A stretch of DNA of 64,000 nucleotides, from the NCBI GenBank assembly GCA_036400935.1, contig DASWWW010000002.1, forward strand, positions 63,939 to 127,938, in the 5' to 3' direction. Made by a program: the position numbers and the translations under genes. Shown piece by piece: positions 45,888 through 57,150 of the stretch (positions are counted from its first letter, which is position 1; each line of letters opens with the position of its first letter). The stretch is from Minisyncoccota bacterium (lineage in GTDB: Bacteria > Patescibacteriota > Minisyncoccia > Phycocordibacterales > UBA6065). Under the pieces are notes generated by a model. The model did no database searches and was not told where the DNA came from. It saw only the letters and a program-made list of their open reading frames with translations.

Positions 45888-45956
45888 ATTTTCGGCAACT
45901 TCAGATACGGCAAGCCCCGATTCGCGAGAATCGGGGCTTTTTATTTTCCAAATTTT

Positions 45957-48596
45957 CTATTTCTTCTTCAGCAGCTTCTTTAGATACATTCCCGTATGGC
46001 TCTTCGGATTGGCCGCCACGTCCTCGGGAGTTCCCTTGGCCACGACGTACCCGCCGCCCTTTCCGCCTTCAGGGCCCATATCGACGATATAGTCGGCGCA
46101 CTTGATGAGGTCGAGGTTGTGCTCGATGACGATGACGGTATTGCCGTGATCGACGAGCTTCTGGAGGATCTCGACGAGCTTGCGCACGTCCTCGTAGTGG
46201 AGTCCGACGGTCGGCTCGTCCAAGAGGAAGACGGTCTTGTGGGTGTCAGGCCTGTAGAGCTCAGACGAGATCTTTACGCGCTGCGCCTCTCCTCCCGACA
46301 ATGTCGTAGCGGACTGGCCGAGCTCGAGATATCCGAGGCCCACTTCAGAGAGCGTCTTGAGCCTGTCATAGATCGCAGGGATGTCCTCAAAGAATTTGAG
46401 CGACTCCTCGACAGTCATCTCAAGCACGTCGAATACGCTCTTGCCCTTGTATTTGACCTCTAGAGTCTCCTTGGTAAAGCGCTTGCCCTGGCAGATCTCG
46501 CACGGTACGTAGACGGTCGGCAAGAAATGCATTTCGACCGCGATCTCGCCGTTTCCTTGGCAGGCTTCGCAGCGTCCGCCCTTTACATTGAACGAAAAGC
46601 GGTTCGATTTCCACCCTCGGGCGCGGGCCTCGGAAGTCTCGGCGAACATCTCGCGAATGTAGGTCCACGCGCCGGTGTATGTGGCCGGGTTCGAGCGCGG
46701 GGTTCGCCCGATCGGAGACTGGTCAATGAGGATCGTTCGCGAGACGTACTCAGTTCCCGTAAACGACGTCGCATTGAAGGTCTCGTTCGTCCTGTGGCGC
46801 TTCTCGAGGCGTGCCTGGAGGTTCTTATGGACGATCTCGTAGAGGAACGAAGACTTTCCGGAGCCGGACACGCCCGTAATGGCTACGAGCTTGCCGAGCG
46901 GCAGGTCTGCCGAAAGATTCTTGATATTGAAGATGTTTCCGCCCTTGATCGAGAGCTTGCCCTTGTCGTGGTTGCGGCGGACGTCCGGAAGCTCGATTTT
47001 CATCTCGCCTCGCAGGTAGCTCAGGGTAAGCGAATTCGAGTCGTTTTTCTTGGCGGTGAGAAGAGGCTCGAGATAGTCGGCCACGACGACGTTTCCGCCG
47101 TGCACGCCGGCGCCCGGACCGATGTCGATAATGTAATCGGACGCGAAAATGGTGTCCTCATCGTGCTCGACGACGAGAATGGTGTTGCCGAGGTCGCGCA
47201 GGTTGAGCAAGGTCTTGATCAGGCGGTCGTTATCGCGCTGGTGGAGGCCAATCGTAGGCTCATCCAGAACATATAGCGCGCCCACGAGGCCGGAACCGAG
47301 CTGCGACGCCAGCCTGATGCGCTGCGCCTCGCCTCCTGACAGCGTATGGGCGCGGCGGTCGAGCGTAAGGTACTCGATGCCCACGTCGAGCATGAATTTC
47401 AGGCGCGATTCGATCTCCTTGAAGACGGCCTTGGCGATCGTACGCTCCTTGTCCGAGATTTTCGCATTATTGAAGTAGTCGAAAGCCTGAGCGATCGACA
47501 TGGTCGTCACGCCCACGATAGAGACGCCGTCGATGAGGACGTGCAGGGCCTCCTCGCGCAGTCGTGCGCCCTTGCAGGTGTCGCACGGCTCGTCGCCGAA
47601 GATGTATTTCGTTCCGAGGCCGTTACAAGCGGGACACGCTCCATATGGCGAGTTGAATGAGAACAGGCGCGGCTCCACCTCTGGGTATGCGTAGCCGTCG
47701 TACGGGCACATGAACTTTACCGACATCAATTTTTCGGTCGGCGCGTCCTTTCCAGGCGTCTCGATCTTCAGGAGGCCGCCTGATTCGTTCACCGATCGCT
47801 CGATAGCTTCGGCAAGGCGCTCGCGCACGCCCTTTGGGTCGTTCTTGAACTCGCTGATATAGAACTCGTCGATGAGGATGTCGATGTCGTGCTTCTTGTT
47901 CTTCTCAAGCTCGATGCGCTCGCGGAGCTTTTTCACGACGCCGTCGATTTTGACGGTCTCATAGCCCTTGCCGAGGTAGTCGTAGAGCATCTGGTAGTAC
48001 TCGCCCTTGCGGCCGACCACGACCGGCGAGTAGATGCGAACTTTCGCCTTGTCTACGGGCACGCCCATTACTTTGGTGCCGTGATCTTCGGTCTTTATGT
48101 GGTTGATGCTGTCGAAAACGGTCTCAAGGATCTCCTCATTTGAGAGTTTTTTGATCTCGCGGTTGCAGATGAGGCAGTGCGGATGACCGATGCGCGCGAA
48201 AAGCACGCGCAGATAGTCGTAAATTTCGGTCTGGGTGGCGACGGTCGAGCGCGGATTGTTCGAGCGAGATTTTTGGTCGATAGAGATGGCTGGCGAGAGT
48301 CCGGAAATCTCGTCCACATCGGGCTTCTGCATCTGGCGCAAGAACTGGCGAGCGTATGACGAGAGCGACTCCACATAGCGACGCTGGCCCTCGGCGAAAA
48401 TGGTATCGAAAGCGAGCGACGACTTTCCGGAGCCGGAAAGGCCGGTAAACACGACCATCTTGTTGCGCGGCATGTCGACCGTGATGTTCTTCAGGTTGTG
48501 GGTGCGCGCGCCCTTTACCACGAGCTTGTCCGCGCCGGGATTGAAATCCGCCTTTGCATGCGAATGCGAGTCGTTTTTTGTGGTTTTTTTGCTCAT
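45957..48596 (-). CDS. uvrA: Excinuclease ABC subunit A
   Basis: Two ABC cassettes ([17 protein letters not shown] twice) and Zn fingers. Confidence 0.98.
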   Translation of the reverse strand: MSKKTTKNDSHSHAKADFNPGADKLVVKGARTHNLKNITVDMPRNKMVVFTGLSGSGKSSLAFDTIFAEGQRRYVESLSSYARQFLRQMQKPDVDEISGLSPAISIDQKSRSNNPRSTVATQTEIYDYLRVLFARIGHPHCLICNREIKKLSNEEILETVFDSINHIKTEDHGTKVMGVPVDKAKVRIYSPVVVGRKGEYYQMLYDYLGKGYETVKIDGVVKKLRERIELEKNKKHDIDILIDEFYISEFKNDPKGVRERLAEAIERSVNESGGLLKIETPGKDAPTEKLMSVKFMCPYDGYAYPEVEPRLFSFNSPYGACPACNGLGTKYIFGDEPCDTCKGARLREEALHVLIDGVSIVGVTTMSIAQAFDYFNNAKISDKERTIAKAVFKEIESRLKFMLDVGIEYLTLDRRAHTLSGGEAQRIRLASQLGSGLVGALYVLDEPTIGLHQRDNDRLIKTLLNLRDLGNTILVVEHDEDTIFASDYIIDIGPGAGVHGGNVVVADYLEPLLTAKKNDSNSLTLSYLRGEMKIELPDVRRNHDKGKLSIKGGNIFNIKNLSADLPLGKLVAITGVSGSGKSSFLYEIVHKNLQARLEKRHRTNETFNATSFTGTEYVSRTILIDQSPIGRTPRSNPATYTGAWTYIREMFAETSEARARGWKSNRFSFNVKGGRCEACQGNGEIAVEMHFLPTVYVPCEICQGKRFTKETLEVKYKGKSVFDVLEMTVEESLKFFEDIPAIYDRLKTLSEVGLGYLELGQSATTLSGGEAQRVKISSELYRPDTHKTVFLLDEPTVGLHYEDVRKLVEILQKLVDHGNTVIVIEHNLDLIKCADYIVDMGPEGGKGGGYVVAKGTPEDVAANPKSHTGMYLKKLLKKK

Positions 48597-48685
48597 TATC
48601 GTTGGTTTAGCCGCCTATATATAGGACTTCGCCCCTGGCGCGTCGCTAGGGGTTTGATGGTACCATCTTAGCAGATCACGACACT

Positions 48686-49039
48686 TTACGAAAGCCGTCC
48701 ACCCCTAAAAGCCTGAAGGCTGCGAACTGCTCTGATAATATCGGATTTCCAATAGCCGCCGCGTTCCGCATCTTTGTCCGAGTCCATACCCAAATCCCGC
48801 TTTTTTATGCGACGCAAAAGGCCGCGTTCGCAGAGCCTTTTGAGTGCGTAGTGGACATTGCCGCGAGAAACTTTCAAGTCGCGCGCGATTGCGGTAGTTG
48901 ATCTCGGATTATTCCACGTAGCAATAATTATTTTCCGCTCCATTTGCGTCAACCCAAGAACATCAAAGCACCGGTCGTTCACTGAAGGCGCCGGATTATT
49001 TTTTCCATACTGGTGCTGCTCTATCTCTTTTTCCATCAT
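48686..49039 (-). CDS. Winged-HTH transcriptional regulator (TrmB/MarR-like)
   Basis: LGLTQMERKII..STTAIARDLKVSRGNVHYALKRLCERGLL. Confidence 0.8.
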   Translation of the reverse strand: MMEKEIEQHQYGKNNPAPSVNDRCFDVLGLTQMERKIIIATWNNPRSTTAIARDLKVSRGNVHYALKRLCERGLLRRIKKRDLGMDSDKDAERGGYWKSDIIRAVRSLQAFRGGRLS

Positions 49040-49085
49040 AGGGATTTTGTAGTATTTTTTACTACAAAATCCCTATGATGGAAAA
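49029..49085. repeat. 57-bp inverted repeat (26-bp perfect arms, 5-T loop)
   Basis: TTTTCCATCATAGGGATTTTGTAGTA-TTTTT-TACTACAAAATCCCTATGATGGAAAA. Confidence 0.95.
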
Positions 49086-49125
49086 TATATCTCTCACCCA
49101 ATCTCCCGAGTAATTTCTGAGAAGA

Positions 49126-49785
49126 CTATAATTTCCTTATCGCCTCTACCAATTCTGGAAAATGCTCTACCCTGAAATGCCCGCGATCTTTGAACGTGAC
49201 GAGCTCCGCCTCCGGCATGCCCTTCTTGTAGAGCTTTGCATGCGAGGCGGCGACCACCTTGTCGTCCTCGCTATGATAGATGGCCATCTTGCCCGACTGC
49301 GCTACGAGCTTTTTGAAGAATCCCGGCTTGTCGCTCACGGTAAAGCCCGCGTTCGCGCGCATTCCCGGATGGCCGCTTCCCTTCTTGCCCGGCTTGAAAA
49401 ATGGCGCTGCGACTAGAAACACTCCAGCGATCTTTACCTTTAGTTTGTTCTCGCTCAGGTAGCGGGCAAGGAAAATGCCGCCGAGAGAATGTCCGACAAG
49501 TACCGCGCCGCCATTCCCACCCGTCAGGAACGCTGCCGCCTTTTCAAAAACGACCTTCCACTCCTCATATTTGGCGTCCTCGGGCGAAGGCATCTCCGGC
49601 TGGAACACTTCAAAATTGCCGGCCGCCTTGCCGCCGTTCAGGTCCTCGCCCAGATTGTCCTTCCACCTCTTTGATCGGTCGCGGAAGAGATCCTCGCGTT
49701 TCATCGGCTCCTTCTTGAGGGACGCCAGATATTCCGCGCGAGTGTCGAAGAAATTTCCGCCATGTATTGCGAGCACCTGTTTCAT
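49126..49785 (-). CDS. RBBP9/YdeN-family alpha/beta hydrolase
   Basis: IHGG, GHSLGG, YHSEDD and DRGHF. Confidence 0.9.
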   Translation of the reverse strand: MKQVLAIHGGNFFDTRAEYLASLKKEPMKREDLFRDRSKRWKDNLGEDLNGGKAAGNFEVFQPEMPSPEDAKYEEWKVVFEKAAAFLTGGNGGAVLVGHSLGGIFLARYLSENKLKVKIAGVFLVAAPFFKPGKKGSGHPGMRANAGFTVSDKPGFFKKLVAQSGKMAIYHSEDDKVVAASHAKLYKKGMPEAELVTFKDRGHFRVEHFPELVEAIRKL

Positions 49786-51908
49786 ATTATTTCATCGCTA
49801 TTCTTATCCTTAGCCGCCTTTTCCTCCGCCTTCTTACCGGAAAGCCTCTTTTTCTTGTCTACCTTGGGCGGCTTTGGCGCTGCTGCATCGAGCTTTTCGT
49901 ACAAGGCCTGGATCTCGTCTCGCAAGAGCGCTGCCGTCTCGAAATCGAGCAACTTGACCGCATCGTTCATCTGGCGCTCCTTCTCGCGGATCAGGGCCTT
50001 TGGATCCTTGGCGAACATGGCCTCGTCGATCTTCAACTGCTCCTTTACGGCCTTCTTGTGCTCGGTCTGCATGTGGTCGGTGATATCCTTGATCGCCTTG
50101 ATGATTGTCTTTGGGGTGATGCCGTGCTTTGCATTGTACGCCTCCTGGATTTTGCGGCGGCGGTTAGTCTCCTTTACAGCGCGCTCGATCGAGCCGGTTA
50201 CCTGATCAGCATAAATAATCACGCGGCCCTCGGCATTTCGCGCGGCGCGGCCGATGATCTGAATGAGCGAGGTCTCCGATCGCAGGAATCCCTCCTTGTC
50301 CGCGTCCAAAATGGCGATCAATGCCACCTCGGGCAAGTCGAGTCCCTCTCGCAAGAGGTTGATACCGACAAGCACGTCGAATTCGCCGCGGCGGAACTTG
50401 GTCAGGATCTCGATTCGGTCGATCGTCTTGATATCGCTATGCAAGTATTCGGACTTGATCTTCCTTTCCTTGAGGTAGTCCACGAGGTCCTCGGCCATCT
50501 TTTTCGTCAGCGTCGTAAGGATGACGCGGAAGCCTGCCTTGATGGTCTTTTCTGCCTCGGCGATAGAGTCGGCGATCTGGCCGGGGAATGGATTCTTCCC
50601 TGCTTTCGTTTCAGTAACCGGCTTTATGGTGACGACCGGATCCAAGAGGCCAGTCGGTCGGATGACCTGCTCCATGATCTGGGTGCTGTTCTCCTTTTCG
50701 TACGCGCCCGGGGTCGCCGACGTATAGACGGTCTGGCCGACGCGCTGCTCAAACTCGCTGAACTGCAGCGGGCGGTTGTCGCGAGCCGACGGCAGGCGGA
50801 ATCCGTGCTCGATCAGGGTGTTCTTGCGGGACTGGTCGCCGGCATACATGCCCCCGATCTGCGGGATGGTCACGTGCGACTCGTCGATGATGGTAAGGAA
50901 GTCAGGCGTGCCGTCTGCCTTGTGCGGGAAGTATGACAAAAGGGTTTCAGGCGCCTCGCCCGGAGCCTTGCCTGCGAAATGGCGCGAATAGTTCTCGATG
51001 CCGTTGCAGTAGCCGACCTCGCGAATCATGGCGAGATCGTAGGTCGTGCGGCGCTTCAGGCGCTCCGCCTCGAGGTTCTTTCCCTCGGACTTGAGCTGCT
51101 CTAGCCGCGCGTCGAGCTCGGCCTTGATCGAGTTGAAGGCGCTCTCGATCTGAGCCTTGTCGGTGATGAAATGCTTTGCCGGAAAGAGGAAGAATACGTC
51201 GAGAGGCTTGAGGAGCGCTCGCGTCACGTGATCGATCTGGTCGATATGGCTCACGACGCCGCCGTCAAAGCTGATGCGGTAGATGACTTTTTCGTTTACG
51301 GGCATGACTTCGATCATGTTTCCGATGGCGCGCATCTGGCCCGGCTCGAGGTCGGCGTTGGTGCGCTCGAAATGGATGCCGACCATGCGGCGGATCATCT
51401 CCATGCGGTCGGCTTTCATGCCGACAGAGACTTTCATATTTACCTTCTCGTATTCTTTCGGCGAGCCGAGACCGTATATGCACGAAACTGATGCCACGAT
51501 GATGACATCCTTTCGCGTAAGCAAGGCTTGAGTCGAGGCATGGCGCAATCGCTCGATCTCCTCGTTGATCATGGCCTCCTTCTCGATATAGGTATCAGTG
51601 ACGGGCATGTACGCCTCCGGCTGGTAGTAGTCGTAGTACGAGACGAAATAATGTACGGCATTCTCTGGGAAGAATTCCGCATACTCCTGGGCGAGCTGCG
51701 CCGCGAGAGTCTTGTTATGCGCGATGACAAGCGTCGGCTTGCCCACCTGAGCGATCACGTTCGCGGCCGTAAAGGTCTTTCCCGAGCCGGTAACGCCCAA
51801 AAGCGTCTGGTGGCGAGCGCCGGACTTTATGCCCTTTACGAGGCCTTCTATGGCCTTTGGCTGGTCTCCTGCGGGCGCAAACCCGTTATGTACCTTGAAT
51901 AATGGCAT
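49782..51908 (-). CDS. uvrB: Excinuclease ABC subunit B
   Basis: GVTGSGKTFT, YYDYYQPEAY, DESH and GRAARN. Confidence 0.98.
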   Translation of the reverse strand: MPLFKVHNGFAPAGDQPKAIEGLVKGIKSGARHQTLLGVTGSGKTFTAANVIAQVGKPTLVIAHNKTLAAQLAQEYAEFFPENAVHYFVSYYDYYQPEAYMPVTDTYIEKEAMINEEIERLRHASTQALLTRKDVIIVASVSCIYGLGSPKEYEKVNMKVSVGMKADRMEMIRRMVGIHFERTNADLEPGQMRAIGNMIEVMPVNEKVIYRISFDGGVVSHIDQIDHVTRALLKPLDVFFLFPAKHFITDKAQIESAFNSIKAELDARLEQLKSEGKNLEAERLKRRTTYDLAMIREVGYCNGIENYSRHFAGKAPGEAPETLLSYFPHKADGTPDFLTIIDESHVTIPQIGGMYAGDQSRKNTLIEHGFRLPSARDNRPLQFSEFEQRVGQTVYTSATPGAYEKENSTQIMEQVIRPTGLLDPVVTIKPVTETKAGKNPFPGQIADSIAEAEKTIKAGFRVILTTLTKKMAEDLVDYLKERKIKSEYLHSDIKTIDRIEILTKFRRGEFDVLVGINLLREGLDLPEVALIAILDADKEGFLRSETSLIQIIGRAARNAEGRVIIYADQVTGSIERAVKETNRRRKIQEAYNAKHGITPKTIIKAIKDITDHMQTEHKKAVKEQLKIDEAMFAKDPKALIREKERQMNDAVKLLDFETAALLRDEIQALYEKLDAAAPKPPKVDKKKRLSGKKAEEKAAKDKNSDEII

Positions 51909-52007
51909 CTAGTTACTATAGCGCACCACGAGCGGGACATAAAGAGGACCCCTGCGATACGCGTAGTAGAAATAAAAAGCCGCGCACGAAGTGCGCGGCC
52001 ATATTGC

Positions 52008-52511
52008 CTAGTCCGTGTGACCCTGCTCGTCGGGTCCCGGCGCAGCAACAAGCTCGGCGGCTTGATTCAATGCAGCGGCCGTTACGGACCTCGGAAGATG
52101 CGTAAGGCACCGGTGACTAGTCCCGGCCTCACGGCCGTCGCCGTCAAAAGTCTGATTTACGTGTGCCGGGCCTTTAGGCTTCGACTCCTTCGGCTTCTGG
52201 CTCGTGACAGGCTTTCGGCTCTGCTTAAGAGCCTTATACTCCTCACGAGTCATGAACGTGCCGCTCTTGCGGTCGATTACGACCTTTACGCGCTTGGCAT
52301 GTCCCTCGCACACTGCCCAGAAAAAACCGGGATGGATGCTATAAGGATCCTTGAGAAGCTTGCCGTCCCTCCAAAGAACCTCGTCGGCCTTGGGTGCTTT
52401 ATGCCTTCCCTCTGCCTTGCGAATGGGCCTGTACGCCCTATTCGGATTCTCGACCGTATGAACAGTGATGATCTCGAGTGCCGTAAGCTTGCTAACCATT
52501 TCTTCGCTCAT
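52008..52511 (-). CDS. Basic orphan protein downstream of the attenuator
   Basis: ORF track 52008..52553, likely start MSEEM; terminator at 51969-52000. Confidence 0.65.
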   Translation of the reverse strand: MSEEMVSKLTALEIITVHTVENPNRAYRPIRKAEGRHKAPKADEVLWRDGKLLKDPYSIHPGFFWAVCEGHAKRVKVVIDRKSGTFMTREEYKALKQSRKPVTSQKPKESKPKGPAHVNQTFDGDGREAGTSHRCLTHLPRSVTAAALNQAAELVAAPGPDEQGHTD

Positions 52512-52588
52512 TGCTAGTTTGATTTTGGGTTTATGATTCGGAATTACAAACAAGAGCCTGACAATCTAAAAAGAACAATCTGTGCCGA

Positions 52589-52769
52589 CAAAAACAAAAT
52601 GAGCCATCGAATCTCTTCGAGGGCTCATTCTTGATTTCGCAGGTATTTTACGTTTAGCGCACGCGATCAGAAATGAGCCCTTCGTTTCGAAGGACCTTCT
52701 TAATGATCACTGTCTTTGTTCCAACGTATGACATGCGTAAAAGGATATCACAAACGGCCCTCTTGGCAA
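52589..52769 (-). promoter_or_regulatory. Promoter, leader peptide and terminator/antiterminator (attenuator)
   Basis: TTGCCA-16-(TG)TATCCT; terminator AATGAGCC..TCGAA-GAGA-TTCGA..GGCTCATT plus T-tract; alternative partner GAAGGGCTCATTTC inside the uORF. Confidence 0.7.
52654..52734 (-). CDS. Leaderless 26-aa leader peptide MSYVGTKTVIIKKVLRNEGLISDRVR
   Basis: ATG lies 7 nt after the -10 box; manual translation. Confidence 0.55.
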   Translation of the reverse strand: MSYVGTKTVIIKKVLRNEGLISDRVR

Positions 52770-52872
52770 GATTTATGGGTAAAGACATATATTTGACATT
52801 TAGTAAAATATATGTAATATAAAAATGTGTTCCTCAACAGTCCCGTTCATTAAATCGTCAGTATTTTGTCAC

Positions 52873-53457
52873 ATGAGCAATGATCAAGATTCATCCAAAC
52901 GCGTCCGCCACTCGCCCAGCTCGCTGATCATCAGCGATAACGACGAAACGGCGGCACACTTCTTCGAGCAGTTCTGCCGGCAGATCCCCATCCCTGGGAA
53001 ACTGACCGTCAAGATCGTCAACAAGCAGGCCAAGGTCAGGGCCATGCTCGGCAAGACCGGCATACGGCTTGTACCGCGACTGCCCGGCAAGCACTCGGTC
53101 GAGACGATCCTGTTTCTGAGCCCGACCGAAGCATGGCTGTGCTCTATGAGGGCCGAGGAAATGGGGGCGAGCAGCCTTCATAGCCTCATCCATACGTCTC
53201 CCGCGATGAAGGGTGATTTCTTCGAGTGCGAACCGAAGGCTACGGTGCCCGCACCGGCAGCAGCGCCGGCCGCGAAGGATACGGGGCAAGCGGCCTCTGC
53301 TCCGAAAAAGCAGCAGAAACTCCTGGCCCAGGCTGCCGACCTCAAGGAAATGGGGCGGCTGATCGAAGTGGCCATCGCCCTTCACCGACAAGGTGAAGAG
53401 TCTCTCGCCGAGGCCCGCAGGCTCGCCAGGAAGCACGGGATACAGATCGCCATCTGA
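52873..53457 (+). CDS. Orphan protein, probable paralog of the next gene
   Basis: TTGACA at 52793; LGKT..P.EA..C domain, Ala/Pro linker, helical tail; terminator at 53477-53506. Confidence 0.7.
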   Translation: MSNDQDSSKRVRHSPSSLIISDNDETAAHFFEQFCRQIPIPGKLTVKIVNKQAKVRAMLGKTGIRLVPRLPGKHSVETILFLSPTEAWLCSMRAEEMGASSLHSLIHTSPAMKGDFFECEPKATVPAPAAAPAAKDTGQAASAPKKQQKLLAQAADLKEMGRLIEVAIALHRQGEESLAEARRLARKHGIQIAI

Positions 53458-53586
53458 CAAGTATTTGAATCCCACGGACCGCCCCTCAAAAGGCGGTCTT
53501 TTTTATTCACCGTGAGGCTTTGACTTTGCCGTGAAAGCGCATACTATCAGAAGCACCAGAACTCGTTCTTTAAACCGCTATCAGCC

Positions 53587-54453
53587 ATGTCATCAATCAG
53601 TCCCACTTCAGGATCCGTAGGATCCTCGTCGGGCACAGGCCCGTCTGTTAGTCCTGATACGATCGCCACTCTCCAAGGTTATGTAAATCGCCTATGCGAG
53701 TTGGCGGGCGCCAAGGCAGGTCTGGGTACATGCCTCGGCAAGACAAGTCTGCCGACGCGCAGAGAACCAGGCGTCAAGCTGATGCCCTACACCACGACGA
53801 AACCGGTCAATGTAGTGATCCAAATCGCTCCAGAAGAGGCGTATCAGTGCACGATCCTGCCTCCGGCCGAAGGAGGGGGCTACGCACTCGACCGGCTCCT
53901 CAGAAGGACGGTCTTTGCTGGCGGCGATTTCCATCAGATGGAAGCCGGTCCGGCAACTTCCGCCATGCCGCAAAGTCCGAAGCCGGCACCATCGCCTCCC
54001 ACACCGCCAGCAAGAACTGCGGCACCGGATAAAAATAACGCCGATCGACCCACACAGCCTTCCCAGCCTCCTGCAGCTACGCCAGCCAAAGCACCTGCGC
54101 CATATCGGGAACCGGAAGCCATGCCGCCGAAGGCACAGAAGCGAAAGCCGGCAAAGCAAAAGGCCAAGAAGAAGGCGAAGAGCTCGAAGCCTACCGCAAA
54201 AGCCAAAAAGCCGGAAGCTGCCAAGCAATTGGTGCGTCCGGACGGCTATTATCGGAAGGCAATGCGCAAGCAACGTCTGGCCACAGCCGAGGTCGAGCTC
54301 ATCGACGCGCTCGAAGGGCGTATCGCGGCTATAGACGAGAAAGTTAAGGAGAGAATCGCCGCCCTACAGGCTCAAGCCGATCGGGAGATCGACGTCCTGC
54401 GACTCGAGCAGGAGCAAGCGATGACTCACCTGAAGGAGCTCATGAAAGCATAG
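53587..54453 (+). CDS. Orphan protein with Pro/Ala/Lys-rich linker and C-terminal coiled coil
   Basis: TTGACT promoter at 53520; terminator at 54453-54480. Confidence 0.75.
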   Translation: MSSISPTSGSVGSSSGTGPSVSPDTIATLQGYVNRLCELAGAKAGLGTCLGKTSLPTRREPGVKLMPYTTTKPVNVVIQIAPEEAYQCTILPPAEGGGYALDRLLRRTVFAGGDFHQMEAGPATSAMPQSPKPAPSPPTPPARTAAPDKNNADRPTQPSQPPAATPAKAPAPYREPEAMPPKAQKRKPAKQKAKKKAKSSKPTAKAKKPEAAKQLVRPDGYYRKAMRKQRLATAEVELIDALEGRIAAIDEKVKERIAALQAQADREIDVLRLEQEQAMTHLKELMKA

Positions 54454-54530
54454 ACCGTCCCCGTGGACGGCCTTTTTTATGGAAATAATGAGCGAAGCGA
54501 ATATATTTCCATTATCCCCTTGGGGATATT

Positions 54531-55766
<1,236 letters not shown>

Positions 55767-56507
55767 CTACTCCCTCCTCAATTTCGCCTCCTTGATGATC
55801 TGGACGATCTCCTCGTCGCTGTCGGTAATGTGATAGATCTTCTCGTCGCCCGGAGAGATAGTCTGGAAATCGTCGCGCAATGCGGCAGACAGGGTGTCGA
55901 CATTCTTCCAGAAATCCCTGCCCACGCAGATGATCGGCACTTTCGGAATCTTGCGGGTCTGCATCAATGTGACGATCTCAAAGAACTCGTCCATAGTGCC
56001 GTAGCCGCCCGGGAAATAGATGTATGCCTCGGCTGAGAAAGAGAGCGCCACCTTTCGTATGAAAAAGTAGTAGAAGCGGACGCTCGCCGTCAAAAACTCG
56101 TTCATCTTCTGCTCGTGCGGAAGGACAATGTTCATGCCGATGGACTTGCCGCCCGCCTCGTAGGCGCCGCGATTGGCAGCCTCCATGATGCCTCCCGCGC
56201 CCCCGGTAATGACGGCGTAGCCGGTCTCCTCGACGATCCTCTTGGCCAATTCGCGGGCGCGGATATAGCACGGATGATCTTCCGTGAATCGGGCCGATCC
56301 GAAGAACGTGATGGAGCGCGGATAGCTCTTGAGGAACTTGAACGTATGCCGAAACTCCTTGTTGATAGTCGCCAGGCGCTTGCGCGAGCCGTCCTTGAGC
56401 TCCTTCATCGATAGCTCGTGATCGGTCAGGCGATTCTCGATCATTTCGGCCATTTCAGCCGATCCCGCCGCATGTTTCGTCTTTTTCTTGAAGAGGTGTC
56501 GTAGCAT
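55767..56507 (-). CDS. LOG/TIGR00730-family nucleotide phosphoribohydrolase
   Basis: FFGSAR, TGGAGGIMEAANRGA, RK and PGGYGTMDE; the ORF-track start is too far upstream. Confidence 0.92.
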   Translation of the reverse strand: MLRHLFKKKTKHAAGSAEMAEMIENRLTDHELSMKELKDGSRKRLATINKEFRHTFKFLKSYPRSITFFGSARFTEDHPCYIRARELAKRIVEETGYAVITGGAGGIMEAANRGAYEAGGKSIGMNIVLPHEQKMNEFLTASVRFYYFFIRKVALSFSAEAYIYFPGGYGTMDEFFEIVTLMQTRKIPKVPIICVGRDFWKNVDTLSAALRDDFQTISPGDEKIYHITDSDEEIVQIIKEAKLRRE

Positions 56508-56562
56508 GTGAGACATTATAGTACAATGTCTGGGTACAAGCATCTTATTTTTAACCTTACAC

Positions 56563-57084
56563 ATGAAAACTCTTGAGAAACGCGAGTGGATTGGCGTAGC
56601 CGTAGCCGTCCTTGCGGCGACAATCCTCTTTTTCGGCCATACCATCTGGGGCTACATTACGGGAAGCAATCGCGCCGAGATGTCGCCGGCATCGCAAGAG
56701 ATCCTCTCCACGGCGGGCACGACGACGGCAATGGAGCTTTCCGCAACCAATATCTCTGCGGTTAAGGGCGTCGAGATCTACGACCTCCGCGTAGGAACGG
56801 GCACCGAGGCGGTCGCCGGCAAGAAAGTCACCGCGCACTACGTCGGAACCTTCCCTAACGGCACGAAATTCGACAGCTCGCTCGACCGCGGAACGCCTTA
56901 CACATTCACCCTCGGATCAGGCACCGTCATCAAGGGCTGGGACATCGGCATCACGGGCATGAGGCCAGGCGGCGTCCGCGCCCTCGTCATCTCGCCTGAG
57001 TACGGATACGGCAAGGCCATGATCGGCGAGATCCCCGCGAACTCGACCCTCGTGTTCCAGGTCCAGCTGATCGACGTTCAGTAA
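56563..57084 (+). CDS. Membrane-anchored FKBP-type peptidyl-prolyl isomerase
   Basis: HYVG..FDSS..VIKGWD..GM..YGYG..IPANSTLVF. Confidence 0.95.
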   Translation: MKTLEKREWIGVAVAVLAATILFFGHTIWGYITGSNRAEMSPASQEILSTAGTTTAMELSATNISAVKGVEIYDLRVGTGTEAVAGKKVTAHYVGTFPNGTKFDSSLDRGTPYTFTLGSGTVIKGWDIGITGMRPGGVRALVISPEYGYGKAMIGEIPANSTLVFQVQLIDVQ

Positions 57085-57150
57085 ATTGTCAGAGCTACTT
57101 GGAAATGAAAAAGGCCGCCTTTAAGGGGCGGTCTTTTGATTGGGGCACGA

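Noticed and set aside
54481-54510. GGAAATA-GAGCGAAGCGA-TATTTCC small hairpin resembling a REP-like relic
   Set aside because: A single short instance; indistinguishable from the tgt terminator region.
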